DNA of 10,007 nucleotides from Candidatus Oleincola secundus (GCA_018400815.1 JAGYLS010000065.1:1-10007); one strand, 5' to 3'. Counted from the first letter of the stretch, positions 1 to 9,064 are shown. Made by a program: numbers and translations. Notes: generated by a model not told the origin, from the sequence alone.

Positions 1-896
1 TAAATCAAGATATAATGGAGACCCTGAATAAATATATCGAATTAGCGCCACTACATAACCCCCCTAATATACTTGGAATAAAAGTATGCCAGGAATTATT
101 ACCGGATACTCCTCAGGTAGGAGTTTTCGATACTGCTTTTCATCAGACGATTCCCGAGAAAGCCTATCTTTATGGATTGCCTTATCATTATTATGAAAAA
201 TATGGGGTGAGAAAATACGGTTTCCATGGTACTTCTCACAAATATGTTGCCATAAAAGCAGCTGAAATGTTAGGGAAAGAACTGGAAGAATTAAAAGTAA
301 TTACCTGCCATCTTGGAAATGGTTCCAGTCTGACTGCTGTTAAAAATGGAAAATCTATTGATACCAGTCTTGGTTTTGGAACAATATCAGGAGTTATTAT
401 GGGAACTCGCTGTGGTGATGTTGACCCTGCAGTTATTCCTTTTTTAATGAAGAAAGAGGGTCTGAATTCCGAAGAAATGAATAATATCTTATATAAAAAG
501 AGCGGATTTATAGGATTATCAGAGGGAATATCAAGTGATAAGCGTGATTTGGAAGAGAAAGCCAGCAAAGGCGATAAAAAAGCAAAAAGAGCGCTGGATG
601 TTTTGCATTATGGACTAAAAAAATATATTGGAGCTTATACTGCAGTGATGAATGGTCTAGATGTATTGGTCTTTACAGCAGGTATAGGAGAAAATTCGCC
701 TAAACTAAGAAAAAATGTTTGTGCTGACTTGACTTGTTTTGGCATAGAAATTGATGATAATAAAAATAATAATGCAAAAGGCAGCAAAACAGTTATAAGT
801 ACTGATAATTCAAAAGTTAAAGTAATGGTTATACCAACCAATGAAGAATTAATGATTGCCCGTGATACTATGGAAATATGTAGTAAATTAAAATAA
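1..896 (+). CDS. ackA: Acetate kinase (acetate/propionate kinase family), 5'-truncated by the window edge
   Basis: Family motifs APLHNP, VFDTAFH, YGFHGTSH, CHLGNGSS, GTRCGDVDP, FTAGIGENS and PTNEELMIAR are present. The frame is open back to the window start (AAT CAA GAT ATA ATG from base 3), so the ATG at 15 is internal and about 100 N-terminal residues of a typical ~400-aa enzyme lie outside. Stop TAA ends at 896. Confidence 0.96.
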   Translation, partial: NQDIMETLNKYIELAPLHNPPNILGIKVCQELLPDTPQVGVFDTAFHQTIPEKAYLYGLPYHYYEKYGVRKYGFHGTSHKYVAIKAAEMLGKELEELKVITCHLGNGSSLTAVKNGKSIDTSLGFGTISGVIMGTRCGDVDPAVIPFLMKKEGLNSEEMNNILYKKSGFIGLSEGISSDKRDLEEKASKGDKKAKRALDVLHYGLKKYIGAYTAVMNGLDVLVFTAGIGENSPKLRKNVCADLTCFGIEIDDNKNNNAKGSKTVISTDNSKVKVMVIPTNEELMIARDTMEICSKLK

Positions 897-919
897 GATT
901 AAGAAAAAAGAGGTAATAA

Positions 920-1753
920 ATGTACCAGATTATTAAGAAAGAAACACTTTACCAGGATATTTATGCTATGTGGATAAAAGCACCGGAAATAGCAAGAACT
1001 GTACAACCTGGCCAGTTTATTATCCTAATGACAAGAGAGGAAGGTGAAAGGATACCACTGACTGTTGCAGATTATGACAGGGAAAAAGGATTAATATATA
1101 TTGTTTTTCAAATAGTGGGTAAGACAACTGATGAATTATCTTCCTTTAAAGAAGGGGACTATTTGTATTCATTTATTGGTCCACTGGGCAAAAAATCTGA
1201 AATAGACTATTTTGGAACTGTAGTTTTGGTTGGAGGAGGGACGGGAATTGCCTGTATTCATCCCATTGCCCGTAACTTAAAAAAAGCAGGTAATAAGGTT
1301 ATTACCATTATAGGAGCCAGAACTAAAAAGTTAATTATTATGGAAAAAGAGTTAAGACAGGTATCAGATGAGTTAATTATTACTACTGATGATGGAAGTT
1401 ATGGAAGAAAAGGTTTTGTAACTGATGCCTTAAAAGAGAAACTTGACCATGATAATAATATTAAGAAAGTTTGGACAATTGGACCACCAATTATGATGAA
1501 AGTTACTACCTCTTTAACCAAGGCTTATTCCGTTGATACTATTGTCAGTCTAAATACAATTATGGTTGATGGGACAGGAATGTGTGGTTCATGCAGAGTA
1601 TCCATAGGAGGAGAAACCAAGTTTGTCTGTACTGATGGACCGGAATTTGATGGACAGTTAGTTGACTGGGATGGATTTATGAATAGGATTGGACGCTACA
1701 AGAAAGAAGAAAAAGAATCCTGGAATCACCATAAGAATCAGGAAGAATGTTAA
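920..1753 (+). CDS. nfnA: NfnA/SudB-type FAD/NAD-binding [2Fe-2S] subunit of NADH-dependent reduced ferredoxin:NADP+ oxidoreductase (PyrK-like family)
   Basis: 277 aa with PGQFII...GERIPLT (FAD binding), GPLG, VGGGTGIA (NAD binding), TDDGSYGRKGFVT and MVDGTGMCGSCRV...FVCTDGPEF (Asp plus three Cys, [2Fe-2S]). RBS GAGGT at 910-914. Directly followed by an NfnB-type gene. Confidence 0.92.
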   Translation: MYQIIKKETLYQDIYAMWIKAPEIARTVQPGQFIILMTREEGERIPLTVADYDREKGLIYIVFQIVGKTTDELSSFKEGDYLYSFIGPLGKKSEIDYFGTVVLVGGGTGIACIHPIARNLKKAGNKVITIIGARTKKLIIMEKELRQVSDELIITTDDGSYGRKGFVTDALKEKLDHDNNIKKVWTIGPPIMMKVTTSLTKAYSVDTIVSLNTIMVDGTGMCGSCRVSIGGETKFVCTDGPEFDGQLVDWDGFMNRIGRYKKEEKESWNHHKNQEEC

Positions 1754-1769
1754 TGTAAGGAGAGAAATA

Positions 1770-3202
1770 ATGGCTGATATGATACCGGTGAAAGAAAGAA
1801 TGAAACGAGAACAAATTCCCATGAGGGAACAATCTCCTAACAAACGTATTGCCAATTTTAAGGAAGTTCCATTAGGATATACAAGAGAAGATGCCATTAA
1901 AGAGGCTCAAAGATGCTTGCAATGTAAGAATCCGAAATGCATGACAGGTTGCCCAGCAGAAATTAATATTCCGCTGTTTATTAAGTATATCGTTGAAGAA
2001 GATTTTGAAAGTGCCTATTTAACAATTTTGAAGACAGATGCCCTCCCGGCAGTAACCGGAAGAGTATGCCCACAGGAAGAGCAATGCCAGAAAGAATGTG
2101 TTTTAAAAAGTACTGGTAAACCTATAGCCATTGGAAGATTAGAACGATTTGTAGCTGATTGGGCTAGAAAAAATCATATTCATGGCAAAACCGACAGTGT
2201 TGCAAAAAAAGATTTAAAGGTCGCTGTGGTAGGACTGTTATCCATGGGTTTAAGTTGTGCATGATCTTAGCTAAAATGGGTTACCATGTGACTCTTTTGG
2301 CTCTGCACAAACCTTGGAGGTGTTCTGGTCTATGGTATTCCCTGAATTCAGACTTCCCAAAACAATTTGTTGAATATGAGGTCAATGAGATAAAAATTGG
2401 AGTTCAAGTAATAACTGATTATGTTGTTGAGCTACAGCAGTGTAGAAGACTTAAAAAAGGGAGCTTGATGCAATAGCTTCTGGCAAATGGAGCAGGTGCT
2501 CCCTGTTTTATGAACATTCAGGGCGAAAATATGAATGATGTTTATTCATAGCAAACGAATTTCTAACTCGCTCTAATTTAATGAAAGCTTATCTTTTCCT
2601 GAATATGACATCTGATAAAAATTGGCAAAAAGGCAGCCACCATTGAGCTGGTAATGTTGCTATGGATTCTGCGCGGACAGCTCACGTCTTGGTGCTGAAA
2701 AATCATATATCATTATCGTTTGGTCCAGAAAAGAAGTTCCGGCTAGGCAGAAGAAGTGCATCATGCCGAGAAGAGGGAGTTGTTTTCAATTTTAACTTTA
2801 CTCGTCCGGTATTGGGGAATAAAGAAGGAAAAGTAACAGGCATGGAATGTAATGCTAAATGGAGTTAGGAGAACCAGATGAATCTGGTCGAAGAAGACCT
2901 ATTCTTATCGTGAAGGATCCAATTTTACCAAGTAGATATGGTGATTGACGCCATTGGAACCATGGCCAACCCAATTGCCAAGAGCACAGGAGTTGAAGTA
3001 AATAAATGGGGATGGCTTTTAAGATAGATGAAAAACAAGAATGACAACCTGTGAAGGAATTTCTTTTGCTGGTGGGGATATAGTAAGAGGTGCGGCTACC
3101 GTTATGATCGGCTGTTATGACGGAAAAGTGGCTGCTAGATCAATTGCTACTTATCTATCTTCGGGAAAGAGTTTAAAGAAAAATGATAAGATTAAGATTT
3201 AA
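1770..3202 (+). pseudogene. nfnB: NfnB/SudA (GltD-like, often annotated as NADPH glutamate synthase homotetrameric gltA); multiply frameshifted after ~2235, probably by sequencing error
   Basis: The likely start is ATG 1770 with AAGGAG at 1757-1762. The intact N-terminus has CLQCKNPKCMTGCP, GRVCPQEEQCQKEC, IGRLERF and KVAVVG. Further motifs can be read across frame changes: GGVLVYGI/PEFRLPK (~2316-2360), ANEFLTRSNLMKAY (~2551-2592), GNVAMDSARTA (~2650-2682), LGEPDESGRRRP (~2865-2900), and AGGDIVRGAATV...DGKVAARSI running to TAA at 3200-3202. Confidence 0.88.
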
Positions 3203-3222
3203 TTAATATTTTGAGGTTTGAA

Positions 3223-4577
3223 ATGTCTAAAGATGAAAAATGAATCCTTTCGAAATTGTTCAATCGCAATTTGATTCCCATGCAGAAAAATGTGGTCATA
3301 AGTGAACCTGATTCGTAGCTTTAAGAGAGCTGAACGGGAGATAAGAATTAGAATACTTCGGTAGAAATGGATGATGAACATGAAAACATTCACTCTGTTT
3401 CCGGGTTCAACATTCCACAGCACGTGGTCCCTCTCATAAAAGTGGATTGAGGTTTGCAGAGTGATGAAAACCACATTGATATGGTCAGAGCTTTGGCTAT
3501 GATGATGGCCTGGAAATGTGCTGTTGTGAATAATATTCCCCCGGTGGAGGGAAGGGGGGTGTGCATGTAAATCCCAGGAACTTTCTGACAGAGTAGAAAC
3601 AGAAAAACTTTGTCGCGGTTGGGTAAGAAAAAGGTATACGATATTGTGGAACTGAAATGGATGTACCTGCACTCATGAAGTACTAATCCTGTGGATATGT
3701 TGGATATGATGAATATGATACTATCGCCAGGAGTGAAAGCCTGATTGTAACAGGTAAATCATCAGTCGGTGTCGGCGGGATCAGTCAGTAGAACCAAATA
3801 CAAACAGGCTGCGGGGTTATTTAGCTGCGTTAGGAAGCATTGGAAGGTTTGAATTATTAACCCAGATGCAACCCGCATCTATCCGCTGGAAGGCAGGGGA
3901 AATAATGCCCAAAGATGCTGTGAAAAATTTCCATCGAATATGGCGGAAAAAGTAACTGCTGCTGTCAGCGTTGGGATGCTAAATGATAAAAAGCTATACA
4001 TACTACAGTTGTAAGATGGTGTATTAAACCTGAAGACTTTATTTGCCTGGGTACTTTTTAGATAAATTTGGAACAATCAATCCAAAAAAAAGCCCAATCT
4101 CATTTGGTTGGAAACAAGAGGAGGATGGAGATGCCTGGCTAAAAACCGGTAACTGCTTTAATACCAGCAGCGCGTTATAGTTCGGCTGTTCATGCTGATA
4201 ATGTGTGAATGAAATTGATTTTGATAAGGTAAAAATATATGCAGAAGGGAGCTAACACGCCCACTACACCTGCTGCAGATAAGTTATTAAAGAAAAATAT
4301 ATATCTTATCCCTGATTTCTGTGTAATGCTGGAGGGGTTACGGTTTCTTATTTGAGCAAGTGAATAACATGAATATTACACATTAAAAAAGATGAAGTTT
4401 TAGGAAAATTAGGAAAAAAAATTTATGACTGACGCATTTAATGATGTTAAGTTAATTTCCAGGAAAAAGAAAAACTTTGATCCCACGAGATGCTGCTTAT
4501 ACTATTGCAGTTAGGAGGGTAGCCCTGCAGTAGAAGGCTGCAGGGGATGGGTAAAAACAAAAGTAGGATTGAGGTAG
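3223..4577 (+). pseudogene. gdhA: Glu/Leu/Phe/Val dehydrogenase, probably glutamate dehydrogenase; heavily frameshifted in this sequence and absent from the ORF track
   Basis: ATG 3223 follows GAGG (3213-3216). Fragments in shifting frames: MNPFEIVQSQFD, FRVQHSTARGP, DMVRALAMMMAWKCAVV (WKCA at 3511), GGGKGG (3543-3560), EMDVPA, VTGK, NAGGVTVSY (~4325-4351), RDAAYTIAVRRVA and terminal RGWV (~4542-4553). The ~1.3 kb span fits a ~420-aa GDH. The exact stop is uncertain (about 4556-4577). Confidence 0.88.
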
Positions 4578-4587
4578 AGTAAATAAT

Positions 4588-5412
4588 ATGAAGGTAATTG
4601 CCCTGGTAGGGGGAAGTGGGAAATTATGGCAAGCCATGTGCTTTTATTAATTGCTCATAAAGAGCATATTGAATATGAGCTATTGATGATGGTCTTGTTA
4701 ATTAGAAAAGATAGGATATTAGCAGGTTTGTCGGCAAAGAAGGAAGCTAATAGAATACAAGCAATCAGAGAGCCATTTTGAAAAAGAACATGCCTGGGGT
4801 CTGTAATGGGATGTTATTAAACAGGACAATCCAAAAAAGATAATGGTTCTGGGTACTTCTAAAGACATGGTCGAGAAGATTGTTCAGACATTGGAATTAC
4901 CGCCAGTAAGCCAAACATTTTTCATAGAGGATATCTCCAGTGAAAAGGAAATTCAAATTGCCAGAACCAGTCGGTCTCGAGAAGGAACTCATATAATTCC
5001 CCTACCAGGGATAGAGGTGCAGAGAAAATTTCCCATCAATTTGGTGGAGTCTTTAGAAATTTTCTACAGAAAGAGATATGGAAATCGAAAGATTGGAGAA
5101 AGAACCGTAGTTCGACCACCTTTTAGTTATTTTGGTAAACTCTTTATTTCTGAAAACGCTATTCTGGATATCATCTTTTTTACTATAAAAGATTTTAAGG
5201 AAGTAATCAGAGTTGGAAAAACGAAGATTAATATTACTGAAGAGGGTATTTTAATACAAATGAACCTTATTTTACGATATGGGAAGAATATCCCTAATAT
5301 CGTTAAAAGAATACAGGAAAACTTAAAGAAGGAATTAGATTATATTACTGGCATCAATATTATTAAAATTAATGTATTAGTGGAAGATCTCCTTATGGAA
5401 ACTGAAAAATAA
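4588..5412 (+). CDS. Uncharacterised protein with an N-terminal P-loop-like region and a C-terminal Asp23/Gls24 (DUF322)-like domain; first ~75 codons frameshifted
   Basis: ATG 4588 begins MKVIALVGGSG, followed across frame changes by IAHKEHIEY, IDDGL, RKDRILAGLSAKKEANRIQAIR and DVIKQDNPKKIMVLGTS, joining the intact ORF 4843..5412. Its C-terminus (ISENAILDI...LILRYGKNIPNIVKRIQENLKKELDYITGINIIKINVLVEDL) has the Asp23/Gls24 pattern. Confidence 0.75.
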
Positions 5413-5472
5413 AATAGACTATTAAATTATAATCTTGAATTTATGCTTATTATATAAAAAAAATTAGGAGGG

Positions 5473-7149
5473 ATGAAAGGCGTGGATTACAAAGAGATAA
5501 AAAAAGCCAGGGAACAATGGTCAGATAAGACACTAAAAAAGGTTTTAGATAGATTTCCAGAACGAAAAGAGCAATTCGTGACAGGTTCAAATAAAGAAGT
5601 AAAGCGATTATATGATCCCTTGGATTTAGAGGATTTGGATTATCTGAAAGAGATAGGTTACCCGGGAGATTATCCTTATACCAGAGGCGTTCAACCAACA
5701 ATGTACCGAGGTAGATTTTGGACTATGAGACAATATGCCGGCTTTGGAGATGCCGAAGAATCAAACAAAAGATATAAATATTTACTAAAAAATGGTCAAA
5801 CAGGTTTGAGTATTGCTTTTGATTTACCAACACAAATCGGCTATGATTCTGACCATTCAATGTCCCACGGAGAAGTAGGGAAAGTAGGAGTAGCAATTGA
5901 TTCATTGAAGGATATGGAAATATTGTTTGAAGGCATTCCCTTGGAAAAGGTAAGCACTTCTATGACTATAAATGCTCCAGCAGCTGTTTTACTTGCCATG
6001 TATATAGCGGTAGCTGAAAAACAGGGAGTTTCTGCTGCTAAATTAAATGGTACAATTCAAAATGACATTTTGAAAGAATATATTGCTAGAGGCACTTATA
6101 TTTTCCCACCATTGCCATCCATGAGGCTAATTACAGATATTTTTGCTTATTGTTCCAAGGAATTACCGAGATGGAATACTATTAGTATAAGTGGTTATCA
6201 TATTAGAGAAGCCGGTTCTACTGCAATACAGGAAATTGCTTTTACATTGGCCAATGGAATTGCCTACGTTGACGCTGCAGTAAAAAAAGGCTTGGACGTT
6301 GATAAATTTGCTCCCAGATTATCTTTTTTCTTTAATGCTCATAATGACTTATTTGAAGAAGTTGCAAAATTTAGGGCGGCAAGAAAATTGTGGGCAAAAA
6401 TTATGAGAGATCGTTTTGGTGCAAAGAATCCAAAATCTATAATGCTTCGTTTCCATACACAGACTGCTGGTTGTACTCTAACTGCCCAGCAACCGGATAA
6501 TAATATTATTAGAGTTACTTTACAGGCACTTGCAGCAGTTCTTGGAGGGACTCAGTCCTTGCACACTAATTCAAGAGATGAGGCCCTTTCTTTGCCATCA
6601 CAAAAAGCAGTAAGAATTGCATTGAGAACACAGCAGGTTATCGCTCATGAAAGTGGTGTAACCGAGACTGTAGACCCTTTAGCCGGTTCTTATTATATTG
6701 AAAAAATGACCAAAGAAATTGAAGATGCAGTAATGGACTATATTAACCAAATTGAAAAATTGGGTGGTGCACCAAAAGCGATTGAAAAAGGCTTTATCCA
6801 GAGAGAGATACAAAATAGTGCTTATCAATATCAGAAAGATGTGGAAGATAAGAAAAGAATTATTGTTGGTGTTAACCAGTTTGAATCTGAAGAAGAAACA
6901 ATGAAGGATTTACTTAAGGTTAATCCGGAGATTGAAAAGCAACAAATTAAAAAATTAGAAGAGGTTAAAAGCAAACGCGATGAATCTAAGGTGAAAGAAT
7001 CGCTGCATTTATTAAAACAGGCAGCAAGTTCGGATAAAAACGTGATGCCATTTATTATGGATTGCGTTAAAGGCTATGCCACCTTAGGAGAAATATGTGA
7101 CCAACTAAGAGAAATTTTTGGTGAATACAAGGATTCTATAAAGATTTAG
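5473..7149 (+). CDS. mcmA: Methylmalonyl-CoA mutase, catalytic (substrate-binding) subunit of a split enzyme; true start may be GTG at 5482
   Basis: 558 aa with [93 protein letters not shown] and [11 protein letters not shown]. It has no C-terminal B12 domain; that domain is encoded by the next gene. Gene symbols for split mutases vary between organisms. Confidence 0.95.
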   Translation: MKGVDYKEIKKAREQWSDKTLKKVLDRFPERKEQFVTGSNKEVKRLYDPLDLEDLDYLKEIGYPGDYPYTRGVQPTMYRGRFWTMRQYAGFGDAEESNKRYKYLLKNGQTGLSIAFDLPTQIGYDSDHSMSHGEVGKVGVAIDSLKDMEILFEGIPLEKVSTSMTINAPAAVLLAMYIAVAEKQGVSAAKLNGTIQNDILKEYIARGTYIFPPLPSMRLITDIFAYCSKELPRWNTISISGYHIREAGSTAIQEIAFTLANGIAYVDAAVKKGLDVDKFAPRLSFFFNAHNDLFEEVAKFRAARKLWAKIMRDRFGAKNPKSIMLRFHTQTAGCTLTAQQPDNNIIRVTLQALAAVLGGTQSLHTNSRDEALSLPSQKAVRIALRTQQVIAHESGVTETVDPLAGSYYIEKMTKEIEDAVMDYINQIEKLGGAPKAIEKGFIQREIQNSAYQYQKDVEDKKRIIVGVNQFESEEETMKDLLKVNPEIEKQQIKKLEEVKSKRDESKVKESLHLLKQAASSDKNVMPFIMDCVKGYATLGEICDQLREIFGEYKDSIKI

Positions 7150-7167
7150 TATCAAGGAAGGTGAACT

Positions 7168-7569
7168 ATGAAGAAATCAAGAATCAGAGTTTTGGTTGCT
7201 AAACCGGGTTTAGATGGCCATGACCGCGGAGCAAAAGTAATAGCGAGAGCATTACGAGATGCAGGAATGGAAGTCATTTATACCGGTTTAAGACAAACAC
7301 CGGAACAGATAATAGAAGCAGCAATTCAGGAAGATGTAAATGTAATTGGACTTAGCATACTATCCGGAGCACATATGTATATATTTCCTAAAATAATTAA
7401 GATGTTAGAAGAAAGAAAAATGACTGATATTATGGTTATTGCTGGCGGGATAATACCTATTGAAGATATATCCGAATTAAAGAAAATGGGTATAAAGGAG
7501 ATATTTACTCCAGGTACGGATACTAAAAAAATCGTTAAATTTATAAAAACAAATGTTGCTGTTGCTTAA
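7168..7569 (+). CDS. mcmB: Methylmalonyl-CoA mutase cobalamin-binding subunit
   Basis: 133 aa with the DxHxxG motif ([11 protein letters not shown]), [14 protein letters not shown] and IFTPGT. RBS AAGGAAGGTG at 7154-7163. Confidence 0.95.
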   Translation: MKKSRIRVLVAKPGLDGHDRGAKVIARALRDAGMEVIYTGLRQTPEQIIEAAIQEDVNVIGLSILSGAHMYIFPKIIKMLEERKMTDIMVIAGGIIPIEDISELKKMGIKEIFTPGTDTKKIVKFIKTNVAVA

Positions 7570-7593
7570 TTTAGGGATAAAAGGAAATCTTAT

Positions 7594-8550
7594 ATGAGTT
7601 TAACTGAAAAAATACGAAATGGTGATAGTAGGGCAGTTGCTAAATTAATAACTATGGTTGAAAATGATTTTCAAAATGCACAACCATTTTTGAAAGAATT
7701 ACATCAGTATTGCGGCAAAGCTATTGTTGTAGGTATAACAGGACCTCCCGGTTCAGGTAAGAGTACAATAACTGATAAACTGACAAAGCATTTAAGGAAA
7801 ATGAATAAAAAAGTTGGTATTATTGCCATAGATCCAAGCAGTCCTTTTTCCGGAGGAGCTATACTGGGTGATCGAATAAGGATGCAGGATTTAACAACAG
7901 ACAAAGATGTCTTTATTCGAAGTGTTGGTGCTCGTGGTCACTTAGGCGGATTGTCCCGATCAACTCAGGCAGTTGTCAAGATTATGGATGCCATGGGGAA
8001 AGACTTTATTTTTATAGAAACTGTAGGCGTTGGACAGTCGGAAATTGATGTTATTAAAGTATCAGATGTTGTCTTGTTGGTAGTGATGCCGGGGATGGGA
8101 GACGATATTCAGGTTATTAAAGCGGGAATTATGGAAATAGGAGATATATTTGTTGTCAATAAATCAGATCGGGATGGTAGTGATAAATTAATTGCTGAAA
8201 TTGAAATGATGTTACATCTAATTGAAAAAGAAGAGAAGTGGCATCCTCCTATCCTCAAAACAGTAGGGACTGAGAATATTGGAATTGATGTTCTATGGAA
8301 AGAAGTAGAAAAATGTACTGATTATCTGAAAGAAAGCGGAGAAATGTTTTTAAGAAGGAAGAATAGGACCAGAAAAGAAATATTTGACCTCTTTCAAGAG
8401 AGCTGGCGAGAAATGTTTTTTCAGTTTATTAGTGAGGAAAGGTTGGAGAAAGAGGTAGAAAGAGTCCTAAAACAGAATGACAATCCTTACAATGCAGTAA
8501 AAAAGCTATCTGCAATTTTTAAAGAAAACCTATTTAAGGAGGGTGAATAA
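7594..8550 (+). CDS. meaB: Methylmalonyl-CoA mutase-associated GTPase chaperone MeaB/ArgK
   Basis: Walker A GPPGSGKS, AIDPSSPFSGGAILGDRIRM, ETVGVGQSE, GDDIQVIKAGIMEIGD and NKSD. Located next to the mutase genes. Confidence 0.95.
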   Translation: MSLTEKIRNGDSRAVAKLITMVENDFQNAQPFLKELHQYCGKAIVVGITGPPGSGKSTITDKLTKHLRKMNKKVGIIAIDPSSPFSGGAILGDRIRMQDLTTDKDVFIRSVGARGHLGGLSRSTQAVVKIMDAMGKDFIFIETVGVGQSEIDVIKVSDVVLLVVMPGMGDDIQVIKAGIMEIGDIFVVNKSDRDGSDKLIAEIEMMLHLIEKEEKWHPPILKTVGTENIGIDVLWKEVEKCTDYLKESGEMFLRRKNRTRKEIFDLFQESWREMFFQFISEERLEKEVERVLKQNDNPYNAVKKLSAIFKENLFKEGE

Positions 8551-8552
8551 CA

Positions 8553-8966
8553 TTGTTTAAGAAAATTGACCATATCGGAGTTGCTGTAAATAATCTGGAG
8601 GAATCGCTTCATATTTTTAAGGATGTTTTGGGAATGAAATGCTCCGGAGAGGAAGAGGTGAAAGAACAGAATGTTAAGGTTGCCTTTTTACCGGTTGGGG
8701 AAAGTGAAATAGAATTACTGGAATCAACCTCTCCTGACGGAAATATTGCCAAATATATTGAAAAGAAAGGAGAAGGTATCCATCATATTGCTTTTGAAGT
8801 TGAAGATTTAGATGTTATGTTGAAAAATTTACAGAAAAAAGGTGTTCGATTAATTGATAAAGAACCTCGTTATGGAGCCGGTGGAGCTCGAATCGCCTTT
8901 TTGCATCCTAAAAGCACCAATGGTATTTTAGTGGAATTATGTGAACATAAATCACAAAAAGCTTGA
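8553..8966 (+). CDS. mce: Methylmalonyl-CoA epimerase (VOC fold)
   Basis: TTG start with AAGGAGG at 8536-8542. Metal-ligand motifs IDHIGVAV, EEQ-like KEQNVKVAF, IELLE, GEGIHHIAFEV, FLHPKSTNGILVEL. Confidence 0.94.
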   Translation: MFKKIDHIGVAVNNLEESLHIFKDVLGMKCSGEEEVKEQNVKVAFLPVGESEIELLESTSPDGNIAKYIEKKGEGIHHIAFEVEDLDVMLKNLQKKGVRLIDKEPRYGAGGARIAFLHPKSTNGILVELCEHKSQKA

Positions 8967-9035
8967 TACAAAAAACAAAAGAACATATTTAATATCTTTA
9001 TTATTAAGTAAACGACTAGGCTTAATTACTAACAT

Positions 9036-9064
9036 TTGTCTTAATATTAATAAATATTTATATT
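9036..9064 (+). promoter_or_regulatory. Putative sigma70/sigmaA-type promoter for the carboxyltransferase gene
   Basis: TTGTCT (9036-9041), a 17-nt spacer and TATATT (9059-9064), in the longest intergenic gap of the window (8967-9095). The AT-rich background weakens the match. Confidence 0.45.

Noticed and set aside
1689..1769. ORF-track start for the NfnB fragment at 1689
   Set aside because: It overlaps nfnA by 65 nt and the extension shows no family similarity; ATG 1770 has a well-spaced AAGGAG.
2262..2264. TGA after GLSCA in nfnB as selenocysteine or stop-codon reassignment
   Set aside because: Homology continues in a different frame (LAKMGYHVT), so this is an indel; TGA is a normal stop for mce and the intact genes translate with the standard code.
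2255..2868. Small ORFs 2255..2476 and 2662..2868 as independent genes
   Set aside because: They are partial in-frame pieces of the frameshifted nfnB (LAKMGYHVT, MDSARTA).
3524..3541. TTGTGAA resembling a Rex operator half-site
   Set aside because: It is inside the gdh coding region (AVVN), the second half-site does not match, and it is in the unreliable zone.
3199..4076. Minus-strand ORFs 3199..3672 (157 aa) and 3879..4076 as novel proteins
   Set aside because: They lie antisense to the clearly recognisable gdh in the error-rich zone and have no recognisable motifs.
2235..4810. Programmed frameshifting, phase variation or a diversity-generating retroelement as cause of the broken genes
   Set aside because: There are many indels in both directions in housekeeping enzymes, no single slippery tract, and no reverse transcriptase or template/variable repeat pair in the window.
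5413..5465. TATAAT (5428-5433) and a small inverted repeat AATAG-A-CTATT (5413-5423) as promoter or operator for the mutase
   Set aside because: No properly spaced -35 or extended -10 element, and the repeat is too short in very AT-rich DNA; an internal promoter is possible but unsupported.
236..7904. Other minus-strand ORFs (236..568, 635..841, 1658..1897, 5450..5701, 5723..5905, 7704..7904)
   Set aside because: Short shadow ORFs opposite well-supported conserved genes, with no independent evidence.
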